DNA of 64,000 bases. Source: a virus. Lineage: Duplodnaviria; Heunggongvirae; Uroviricota; Caudoviricetes. How positions within the stretch are numbered: position 1 is the first letter of the stretch; each line of letters opens with the position of its first letter. Below are positions 19,029 to 28,200 of the stretch, piece by piece. The stretch covers positions 17,172 through 81,171 of the IMG/VR virus record IMGVR_UViG_3300032303_001313; one strand, given 5' to 3'. The notes under the pieces are model-generated. The model had not been told where the DNA came from. It saw nothing but the letters and a program-made list of their open reading frames with translations, and made no database searches. The translations under genes were made by a program, and so were the position numbers.

Positions 19029-19540
19029 AAAAACTGTTAGAACAAATTGAAGCAGTAATACCAGTTAAAGCCATTGTATCATACAGCAATTCGGTTAGTA
19101 TAGAATATTTTGATAATAATCAGCCAGACCAAGATGAATTAACAGAAATCAATAATATCTTAGCATCTTGGCCTTTGGAAAAGGTTAAACTTCAAAAAAT
19201 TCAACAACTAGATAATGTCTGGAAATCAGTAATGAAATCTGGATGGACTACTCCCTCTGGATATAAACTTGGTATTGATGTTCAAGACATTGCGTTATTT
19301 AACGGAGTGTTCGTATTAGCAAAAGAGGCTAGTTCTATTGGTATTAATGATCCCATAACCATAATTGATTTAGATGGAGTTCCTCACTCATTATCCTTAC
19401 AAAATTTGACAGTATTAATGTTACAATATGGTCAAGCCCGTTCCGCGATAAGTGGTCAATATACATCTATTAAACAGGCAATTACATCAGCAACGTCAAT
19501 TGAAGATGTTAACTCTATAAACCTAACAATAGGAGCGTAA
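19022..19540 (+). CDS. Fibre assembly chaperone-like protein (DUF4376-like)
   Basis: Follows a fibre gene; C-terminal ...K.AI.SATSIEDVNSI helix pattern. Confidence 0.55.
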   Translation: MLEKLLEQIEAVIPVKAIVSYSNSVSIEYFDNNQPDQDELTEINNILASWPLEKVKLQKIQQLDNVWKSVMKSGWTTPSGYKLGIDVQDIALFNGVFVLAKEASSIGINDPITIIDLDGVPHSLSLQNLTVLMLQYGQARSAISGQYTSIKQAITSATSIEDVNSINLTIGA

Positions 19541-19541
19541 T

Positions 19542-20024
19542 ATGCCCGTTAATGTACCAGAAAGCGTTTTCGATAAATATTATGATGTAATAGACTCAAC
19601 ATTCGAAATCTTCGGAGTTATGTGCCAATTGGTGTATATTGATAAAATGGAAGAAATTGTATATACGCCAAATAATAATATTCCAGAAAAAAACTCAATC
19701 AATGTACATAGATTAAGAGACACGGACTTTGATAGAGGAAACAAAACAATTAGAGAAGTAGAAGTGCTTTCAGATATTAAATTAAAAGTTTATTGGAATC
19801 CTAAAGAATGGGTAAATGTAACTAAAGATGTAGTTATACCGGACAATTCAATCCAAACTATAGGTTTCATGAAAGATTTACCAAGAGTTCTAAAAGCAAA
19901 ATCTTTAATAGTACATAAAGGTATATCTGATTACAAAGAAATGAGATTCCAACGGTCAGGAGAATTTGTTCCTGTTGGACTCAGACAAGATAGATACTTC
20001 GCTTGCCTTTGGAACAGAATATGA
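19542..20024 (+). CDS. Head closure / head-tail joining protein
   Basis: 160-aa beta-rich protein, first of three neck/tail-completion genes before the tail tube. Confidence 0.5.
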   Translation: MPVNVPESVFDKYYDVIDSTFEIFGVMCQLVYIDKMEEIVYTPNNNIPEKNSINVHRLRDTDFDRGNKTIREVEVLSDIKLKVYWNPKEWVNVTKDVVIPDNSIQTIGFMKDLPRVLKAKSLIVHKGISDYKEMRFQRSGEFVPVGLRQDRYFACLWNRI

Positions 20025-20653
20025 CAATAAGTATTGGTTTATCAAATACTGTGCCAGAAATAGAGAGCATGATTCTTGAATCTATAGCAGAATCTATCAA
20101 TAAGGAAATTAAGGGCGATTTAGGGAAAATTCAACTAGAATTGAGTAATAACCTAATTCCTAAATGGATTAATGCTCAACCAGAATTAACTGCTCTTAAA
20201 AATGGCGAACTTACTGGAGCGTTTGGAATAACAGACAATACGTTATCAATAGCACAATCTATTGTTGATGCTGTATCTTCGTCTGTAAAAATATCATTCA
20301 AACAATTTAATAAGAAGTTAACAAGCGGCGGCTTAGATATAGAAATACAAACAGAAAACTTTAGTAATCTCTTAAGCCTCCCACAAGGTCATACAATATA
20401 TTCTGGTGGAGATTTACATTGGTTAGATTGGATGCTAACTAAAGGTGATGAAATTATTATTATTGGTTATGAATATAATCCACAAACAGGTCTTGGTAGA
20501 ACAAAACTTGGTAATATGGTAACTGGTGGCGGGTTTAGAGTACCTCCACAATACTCAGGCACATTAACGAATAATTTTGTAACAAGAGCCTTATTAAGTT
20601 CTGATGCTGAATCTGATATTACTAAACTTATTAAGAAAACATTAGGTGTATAA
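20021..20653 (+). CDS. Neck/tail-completion protein (HK97 gp10-like position)
   Basis: Start reassigned to the ATGA overlap at 20021; synteny; LHWLDWML..G...I motif. Confidence 0.45.
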   Translation: MTISIGLSNTVPEIESMILESIAESINKEIKGDLGKIQLELSNNLIPKWINAQPELTALKNGELTGAFGITDNTLSIAQSIVDAVSSSVKISFKQFNKKLTSGGLDIEIQTENFSNLLSLPQGHTIYSGGDLHWLDWMLTKGDEIIIIGYEYNPQTGLGRTKLGNMVTGGGFRVPPQYSGTLTNNFVTRALLSSDAESDITKLIKKTLGV

Positions 20654-21621
20654 TGTCATATTTTAGTCTTAAAGGAATTAATAGTGTATTTGACACCACT
20701 TTAAATAATGAGTTACAAGATAATCTTGTTGAGTTTTTAGAATGGTCTTTGCTTGAGAAGGGTAACTATATGAATGTTACTCTTGGTGAATTATCTCCAG
20801 ATGGCAAAGATTACAGTAAACTAAGAATCTCCTCAAATACATCTTATCCGAGCGGCAAGGCTTGGGAGAGTTTTAGATCAAATTGGGTTTGGCAGAGCGG
20901 GATTACTTACAGTCCTCCACCAATAGTTAGTACAAATAATACCATACCCGGTATATCTGGAGTATATGTAAACAACACTTTTTATCCATCTTCTACTTCT
21001 GGAACTTATGCTCATAAGGTTGACTACTATAATGGAAGGGTAATATTTAACAATCCTATTCCAACTGGTAGTATAGTTAAAGCAGAATATAGTTATAGAT
21101 ACATAAACGTATCTTATGCAAATACATTGCCTTGGTTATCGGAAGTGCAGTATTCATCCTTAAACTTGGGAAAAGACTTTGATACTCTTAATAAGGGTAA
21201 ATACGATATTACTCAAGAAGCCCGAACGCAACTTCCAATGATAGCATTAGAAATAGTGCCACGAAGAACAATGAAGGGGTATCAACTTGGTGGCGGTCAA
21301 ATAGTTGAAACTGATGTTCTTTTCCACTGTTTAGCAGAAGATGAATTTACCCGAAACAAATTGGTAGATATTATCTCATTTCAGAATGATAAAACTATTT
21401 TTATGTTTGATAGTAACAAAATATCACAAAGCGGAGCATTTCCTCTAAATTACCAAGGAATTCCAACTTCTGGAGCATTGAGATATCCAGATTTAGTCTC
21501 AAATTTTTGCAGGGGTAGATTAAGGCTTAAAAATGCCTCTGTTCAAAAAATGCAGTTAATAAGCAATTTTTACATTGGCATAGTCAGATTAACCCTAGAA
21601 ACAATTGAAACATCAATCTAA
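20653..21621 (+). CDS. Tail terminator-like protein with inserted beta domain
   Basis: Directly before the tail tube. C-terminal QLP.IALE......GYQLGGG...DVLFH..AE..F.RNKLVDII. Insert KVDYYNGRVIFNNP...V.AEYSY. Confidence 0.5.
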   Translation: MSYFSLKGINSVFDTTLNNELQDNLVEFLEWSLLEKGNYMNVTLGELSPDGKDYSKLRISSNTSYPSGKAWESFRSNWVWQSGITYSPPPIVSTNNTIPGISGVYVNNTFYPSSTSGTYAHKVDYYNGRVIFNNPIPTGSIVKAEYSYRYINVSYANTLPWLSEVQYSSLNLGKDFDTLNKGKYDITQEARTQLPMIALEIVPRRTMKGYQLGGGQIVETDVLFHCLAEDEFTRNKLVDIISFQNDKTIFMFDSNKISQSGAFPLNYQGIPTSGALRYPDLVSNFCRGRLRLKNASVQKMQLISNFYIGIVRLTLETIETSI

Positions 21622-21626
21622 AATCA

Positions 21627-21633
21627 GTGTATA
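21627..21633 (+). promoter_or_regulatory. GTGTATA motif, putative late promoter
   Basis: Intergenic, upstream of tail tube ATG 21672. Confidence 0.55.
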
Positions 21634-21671
21634 AGTAATCAGTGCTTACCATCTTTTAATAGGAGAGAATT

Positions 21672-22844
21672 ATGCCCAATAACAGAATTTTCTACGCTTG
21701 CCAAGCAGTAGCGTTAGAGCCACTTTATCCAAGCGGCGGAACCTTAGTTCCTTTAAACAGCGGCTTAGTCGTGCTTCACGGCGTTCAAAGCGTTGGACTA
21801 AATACAACATTCAATCTAGAACAAGTTTTCGAATTAGGTCAAATTAGTATCTACGAAAACATCGAAAACGTACCAGACGTTGAAATGACATTAGAAAAGG
21901 TGCTTGATGGATATCCAATCATGTATCACGTTGCTACATCTGGTGTGGCCCAAGAAGGTCTTTCGTCAACGGCTAGAGCGACTCTAGTTGCTAGATCAAA
22001 ACAGCGAACAAATGCTTATCTTGGTATTTATCCAGAAGAAAGAGATACAATTGCCGGTTCTGGTGCTAGCGTAGAAGTTCAAATGACGGGAATGTATGTT
22101 AGCAGTATCGGCTACACATTACCAGTTGAAGGTAACTGTACTGAATCTGTGACCCTAGTTGGTAATCATAAGGGTTGGTCAAGCACTACTAATAAGTTCG
22201 TTACGGCAGTATCTAATCAGTTATTATTCAATGGCGGAACTGATATTCCAAAAACATTACAATATGCTGGAACTGGAAACTTAGGTGGCGTTCAAAGAAG
22301 AGAAAATGTCGATATTAAAAATTCAATTTTCCCAATGTCGATTTATGGAGTTACTCAATCAGCCACATCTGGAAATGCTTTCAACGCTTCAACTAGTGGC
22401 AATAGAATACACGTTCAAAACTTTAGTATTAATTGCGATTTAAGTAGAGAAAGTATTCAAGAACTTGGAAGAAAATCGCCTTATTATCGATTTGCTAACT
22501 TCCCAGTAGAAGTAACATCTGAAATTGAAGTTATTGCTGAATCTGGAGACTTTATCAATGCTTATGAAACTGGTGATACTTCAAAATTCGCTATTGGTAC
22601 TGTAAATTATGGTAATAACACATCAGAAGAAACTATTGTAGTCAAATTACACGACGGAACCGTATTCGATCTAGGAAGAAAGAATAGATTAGCATCTGTT
22701 AATTACGGTGGGGCCGATGCTGGCGGTGGTAATGCTACAATGACATATAGTTATACTACATTTAACGATCTAACTGTTACACATCCTCAAGACCCAGCAA
22801 GTGCTACTAGTGCAAGTTACGCATTTTCATATAACGGACAGTAA
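21672..22844 (+). CDS. Major tail (tube) protein
   Basis: Own promoter motif and strong RBS; GVQSVG..TTFNLEQVFELGQ..IYEN and IQELGRK.PY.R...FPVEVTSEIE motifs; lies between terminator protein and tape measure. Confidence 0.75.
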   Translation: MPNNRIFYACQAVALEPLYPSGGTLVPLNSGLVVLHGVQSVGLNTTFNLEQVFELGQISIYENIENVPDVEMTLEKVLDGYPIMYHVATSGVAQEGLSSTARATLVARSKQRTNAYLGIYPEERDTIAGSGASVEVQMTGMYVSSIGYTLPVEGNCTESVTLVGNHKGWSSTTNKFVTAVSNQLLFNGGTDIPKTLQYAGTGNLGGVQRRENVDIKNSIFPMSIYGVTQSATSGNAFNASTSGNRIHVQNFSINCDLSRESIQELGRKSPYYRFANFPVEVTSEIEVIAESGDFINAYETGDTSKFAIGTVNYGNNTSEETIVVKLHDGTVFDLGRKNRLASVNYGGADAGGGNATMTYSYTTFNDLTVTHPQDPASATSASYAFSYNGQ

Positions 22845-22885
22845 TAGTTAACAACTTTTAAGGATTTACAAGGACACAATACAGT

Positions 22886-22937
22886 ATGCTCCCGCTTGTG
22901 AGAATTCTTTATGAAGCATCATGAGCGGGAGTATTTT
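22886..22937 (+). terminator. Long hairpin (16 bp) plus T-rich tail; terminator/attenuator overlapping the start of ORF 22911
   Basis: atgctcccgcttgtga (22886-22901) pairs with tcatgagcgggagtat (22919-22934) using 3 G-U pairs; followed by tttgtttct. Confidence 0.55.
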
Positions 22938-23954
22938 GTTTCTATGGTTAGATCGGGGAAAGTGATAATATCACACAACGGAGTAAGGTTACAAGTTGTG
23001 CCGATTACTGTAGATCAGAACTTTGAATCCTGTCAGGTGTATAAAGATGCGTATGAAAAATCATATCTAGATGATATAATGACAGAGGATGAAGTTCACA
23101 GGTGGATGCTGGAAAATGAATTATGGACAATTTTCGATGACAAGAAAGAAGATGGCTTAAAAAAGGATATTGAAAGACTAAAAATAGAAATCTACAACGC
23201 TAGAGATAATGATAAATTAATCAAAAGTATACGAGCATATCTCAGGGCTGGCGAAACTCAGTTGACAAAGCACGTTAATAAGAAATACTTGTATTATCAA
23301 AATACTTGCGAAGGTATTGCTTCTGCTGAACGTTTGGCTTGGATCATAAAAAATACTACCTATTACGACAACAAATTGTATGAGTTTAACGAGGTTTCTC
23401 TACAGTACGTTATCGATGAATGGCAGTCAAATTTTTTAAGTGATTCAGTTTGTAGAGACTTAGCAAGAAATGATCCTTGGAAATCATTATGGGTTACTAG
23501 GGATAATTCTGGTATTTCTTTATTCTGCAACCCGCCCAGCACCGAATTAACTCACAATCAAAAGAACCTCTTAATATGGTCACAAATGTATGATAATATT
23601 CAAGAGTCGATGGAATGTCCTAGTAAAAATGTAATAGAAGATGATGATATGTTAGACGGTTGGTTTATAATACAGGGTCAGAAACGAGAGAAAGAAAGAT
23701 CAGAACGAGAGTTTGAGTCTGAAACTAAAAACGAAAAAATCAAAAATGCTGGAGAAGTATTCGTTGTAACAGAAAATCAAGACAAAATAAATAAAATCAA
23801 TTCAATGAATGATCCATTTATTAAGTCTATTAAGAAGCAAAGAGAAAATGTTGTAAAATCGCATGGATATGTAGAAGAACAACACTTACCGGATCAAAGA
23901 AGAAATATACAGATGGCGGCTACTAATTTAATGAGAGGAAAAATAGGAGGATAA
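22911..23954 (+). CDS. Hypothetical protein, tail assembly chaperone region
   Basis: Charged helical protein between tube and tape measure; D.IIEDDD.LDGW motif. Confidence 0.55.
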   Translation: MKHHEREYFVSMVRSGKVIISHNGVRLQVVPITVDQNFESCQVYKDAYEKSYLDDIMTEDEVHRWMLENELWTIFDDKKEDGLKKDIERLKIEIYNARDNDKLIKSIRAYLRAGETQLTKHVNKKYLYYQNTCEGIASAERLAWIIKNTTYYDNKLYEFNEVSLQYVIDEWQSNFLSDSVCRDLARNDPWKSLWVTRDNSGISLFCNPPSTELTHNQKNLLIWSQMYDNIQESMECPSKNVIEDDDMLDGWFIIQGQKREKERSEREFESETKNEKIKNAGEVFVVTENQDKINKINSMNDPFIKSIKKQRENVVKSHGYVEEQHLPDQRRNIQMAATNLMRGKIGG

Positions 23955-23955
23955 C

Positions 23956-24285
23956 ATGGAAGACTACAGAAAAATAAGAGAATCAAAGTACAAAGCAGAT
24001 TCTAAAGATAGATTATCTAAGATTCTCAAAAAGAAGATTCAGACCACAATGATTGGGGCTTTAAGCACAATTGAAGAGAATTTTGGATTCTTATGGAATA
24101 ATGAATCTGGACAATCTCTTTCAAAAGACCAATTAGCACTCAAAGAGTTGTATAACAAGGTAAGGTCAGAGATTTTAGATAGAGGTAATAGTCAAGCAAG
24201 AAATATTGATGCTGAGTTGGCTCAATATGAAGTCGAATGGACAAGATATCAGATGAAGATGCCCGTAATTAACCCTAATAAATAA
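23956..24285 (+). CDS. Hypothetical protein (tail assembly region)
   Basis: GGAGG RBS; helical 109 aa. Confidence 0.6.
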   Translation: MEDYRKIRESKYKADSKDRLSKILKKKIQTTMIGALSTIEENFGFLWNNESGQSLSKDQLALKELYNKVRSEILDRGNSQARNIDAELAQYEVEWTRYQMKMPVINPNK

Positions 24286-24297
24286 GTGGAGGAAGAT

Positions 24298-25167
24298 ATG
24301 TTACAGGAAAAGGAAAAAGTTGTAGAAGTTAAAAGAGATGATAATTCTGCTGTAAAGGTCGTTGTTAAACGCCCTTCTAATGCTCTTATTTCTCAAGCAC
24401 AAAGAGTCGGGGCCAAGGCTTGGACTGATTGCGTGCGTGACGGAATTATGACAAAGAAAGAACTTGAAAAGTTCATGAAAGAGCAGGGTATTTGGGACGA
24501 AGGCAAGGACGAAGAACAACAGAAGATTATCCAAGAAATTGCTAATCTAGAAAGATCGCTTTACGTTAGCGGTAATGGTGGCAAGAAACTTAGGACTTCT
24601 GAGGGTAAGAAAATCGCCATTGATATGAGAGTCAAGCGTAATCAACTCAGAGACTTAATTGCTGACAAAATGAGTCTAGAGCAAAATACCGCCGAATCTA
24701 TTTCAGATAATGTCAGATTTGACTATTTAGTAGCAAATTCGGCCTATTATGAAAATGGTCAGAAAGTGTATAGAGATTTAGATGAATATAAGGAAAGGTC
24801 TGATGATGTGATGGCTTTTACTGTCGCTTCTACCCTAGCGGGCATGATGTATGCGGTAGATAAGGACTTTGAGGCCAAATTACCAGAAAATAAGTTCCTT
24901 AAGATGTTCAACTTTGTTAACGAAGACTTAAGCCTCGTTAATGATAACGGGGAAACTGTAGATACCGATGGTCGCAGAATCGATAGTAATGGATATTGGC
25001 TCAACGATCAAGGACAAAGAATAGACAAAGATGGTAATGTTCTTGACGAGAATGGTAACTACGTTCCTAGTCTAACCTATGTAGATGACGAAGGTAAGGT
25101 AATCAACGCAGAAGAACCAGAAGAAAAACCAACAAAGAAAAAGAAGTCAGCAGCAACGGAAAGTTAA
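24298..25167 (+). CDS. Tail assembly chaperone-like protein with heptad D-x-x-G repeats
   Basis: Start reassigned to ATG 24298 (GGAGG RBS); immediately precedes the tape measure. Confidence 0.55.
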   Translation: MLQEKEKVVEVKRDDNSAVKVVVKRPSNALISQAQRVGAKAWTDCVRDGIMTKKELEKFMKEQGIWDEGKDEEQQKIIQEIANLERSLYVSGNGGKKLRTSEGKKIAIDMRVKRNQLRDLIADKMSLEQNTAESISDNVRFDYLVANSAYYENGQKVYRDLDEYKERSDDVMAFTVASTLAGMMYAVDKDFEAKLPENKFLKMFNFVNEDLSLVNDNGETVDTDGRRIDSNGYWLNDQGQRIDKDGNVLDENGNYVPSLTYVDDEGKVINAEEPEEKPTKKKKSAATES

Positions 25168-25203
25168 TAGATAGAAGTTGTGCGGCATCAGTAAAGGAGA
25201 ATT

Positions 25204-28200
25204 ATGTCCCGATTCGTACTGACTGCACAATTACAGTTACAAGCACCAAGCAACGTCAGGCAAGTTGTACAACAAATACAAAGCCAGTTGCAAGGCGTTG
25301 TCGTTAATGTACAGGTTCAAAATGCAACCCAAGCACAACGACAAATCCAGCAAGTAACTCAATCTACTAATCAAGCAACTACGGCGGCAGAACGTATGGG
25401 TAGAGCATTTGCTTTATCTGTTAGACGTTTTGCCGCTTTTTCTATTGCTACTAGAGGTGTTGGTTTATTCACTAGTAGTTTAGGTGATGCTGTTCAAAGT
25501 GCTATTGATTTTGAAAGACAATTGATTAAAGTTAGTCAGGTTACTGGTAAAAGCGTTTCTCAATTAAGAGGACTTACAAAACAAATTAGTAACCTTGCTA
25601 CTAATCTTGGTGTAGCATCATCTGATTTACTTAATGTATCTACTATATTAGCACAGGCCGGTTTGAGTGCAGAAGATACAGCCGCCGCTCTTAAGACTCT
25701 TGCTAAAGCAGCACTCGCTCCTAACTTCGACAGTATGAGTGAAACGGCAGAAGGTGCTATTGCTATTTTAGCACAGTTTAAAGAGGGCGTTGGAGCATTA
25801 GAAAAGCAACTTGGTTCTATTAATGCTGTTGCTGGCGCTTTTGCTGTTGAAGCCAGCGACTTAATTGACGTTGTTCGTAGAACTGGTGGTGTGTTCAAAT
25901 CTTCTGGTGGTAATCTTAATGAACTTTTAGCGTTATTCACTAGCGTTAGAGCCACAACCCGAGAAAGTGCTGAAAGTATTGGTACGGGTTTAAGAACTAT
26001 CTTTACTCGTATTCAGCGACCAAAAACTATTGAATATCTAAAACAGTTTGGTGTACAACTAACTGATTTGAATGGTAAGTTCGTTGGGCCTTATGAGGCT
26101 GTTAAGAGATTAAGCGAAGCATTGTCTGGATTAAGTGAAGGTGATATTACCTTTATTGGAATTGCAGAAGAGTTGGGTGGATTTAGACAGATTGGTAAGG
26201 TACTTCCACTTTTACAACAGTTTAGTACTGCACAATCAGCACTTAATGTTGCTATGAAGGCTGGAGATTCTCTTACACAAGACGCTGCTTCTGCACAAGC
26301 CGCCCTTGCTATTAGAGTTATGAAAGTTAAAGAAGAGTTTCTTGCACTAATTCGTAGCGTAACTGAAACTTCAACCTTCCAAGTAATGGCTAATACTGCT
26401 CTTACTTTAGCATCTGCACTAGTTAAGATTGGCGATGCTATTAAACCTCTTTTACCAATGCTTGGTGCTTTAGCCGCTATTAGACTTGTTAGAGGTATGG
26501 GTAACTTCTTTGGAGGAATTGGGCAGGGTATTACTTCTGGAAGAACATATAACTCTGGTGGTAAAGTACTTGGTTTTGCTAGGGGCGGATTAGTTCCCGG
26601 TTCTGGAAATAGTGATACTGTTCCAGCGATGTTAAGTCCCGGTGAGTTTGTTATACGAAAGAGTAGTGTTAGCAAACTTGGCACTAGTAATCTTGAGGCT
26701 ATGAATAGTAATAAATATGCTGCTGGCGGAATAGCAAAATGGCAAGATATCAAAGGTAAGAATCCTTCACTAACTGATAATCAAGCACAAAGAATAGCAA
26801 ATGGAACACTTACTTTAGACAGAGCATTATCTGGCCCCAAAAAGCAGGGTAGAGACAAATTAAAAACTGCATACTTAAAAGATAATACTGTCGGTGGACT
26901 ATTCTTACAAAAAGGTGATGGTGGAACTAAAGGTATTGATAAAATACTAAAAGGTGAAGAAATTAGTGGATTCCCCGGCGTAAAAAGAGTAAAGGGGAAT
27001 ATAACTACTGCTCTACTTAGTGATAAACCTAAATCATCTCTTCGTGCAGAAATAGAGCCAGCAATTGTGAGAGCAGTTGAAGCGGCTTCTGTAAATACAA
27101 TGAAGGCGTTGGAGATTCCTCCACTAGATATAGACGAAAAGAAAGCGTCTCAGAATGCAGTAAAACGTATAGACGTAGGTTCTATAGAGGGTCACATCTT
27201 TGAAGCATTTATATCAGCAATGTCTGGAGCAAACATATCAGACACCGGCGCACCATTCGACTTCGTTAATCTAAATCCGCAGTCTAGAAAAAAACTCAAG
27301 AATATTTTTGATGGGTCTGTTGAAGGAAGATTGTTAGACGCAAAAAGAACACAAAGTTCAGACAGCGTTGTGTCTGGTACTAATTCTATATCTAACAAAG
27401 TAATTTCTGCGATGAAAGACCCGAGATTATTGTCTCGCGACGATTTCATTATGAAACACTTTGGTGGAGTCATTCAAAAATTCTCACAAGGCGGAACTCC
27501 AGAGTTATATCATAGAGGAACAACACCATATAGTATTGACGATATGAAAGAAGCCGCCAAGCGTAATGGCATGACATTTGCTCAATTAAAAGCGATGTTA
27601 GATGAAAGAGAAAAAGGTGGATGGCAGGACTTCATTATACCTTGGAATGAAGTATCAAAGAAATTTGGTTTGTATCCATATCAACCCGGTTCGCCAGCAA
27701 TGGCTGCTGCTGTTAATGCTAAAATAAATAAAGAAGACAGAATTGATGCGTGGAAGAAAAAACAAGGAATGATGACTAGTGAATATGAGGGGCAAAGTAA
27801 GGAACAAAAAATGTTCCTTTCTAGAAGACGTAAGTTTGCTACGGGTGGCGGGGTTGGTACTGACACAATTCCTGCCCTATTAACTCCCGGCGAATTCGTT
27901 ATCAACAAATCTTCTGCTGAAAGTATTGGTTATGGTAATCTAAACAGAATGAATAAAGTTGGTAAATATGCAAAGGGAGGCACTGTAGGTAAGCCACAAA
28001 GACTTTTCGTTGGTGGAGTTGCCGGAAAGCATATTGAAAGAGTTGCTGGATATAGAGAATTAACAGGAGTAGATGACGCTGTTAAAACAATGGAATCTAT
28101 TGTAAAAGGTCTTGGCCCAGCAATGAAAAGTGCTATTATGGATAGTTTTGCTGGGATTGAATCTGTAAAAGGTGGAGATAGAACTAAATTTAGAGGAAAC

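Noticed and set aside
22911-25204. Programmed G/GT frameshift in the tail chaperones
   Set aside because: No in-frame XXXYYYZ slippery site noticed near the ORF ends and no overlapping downstream ORF; each of the latter two genes has its own RBS.
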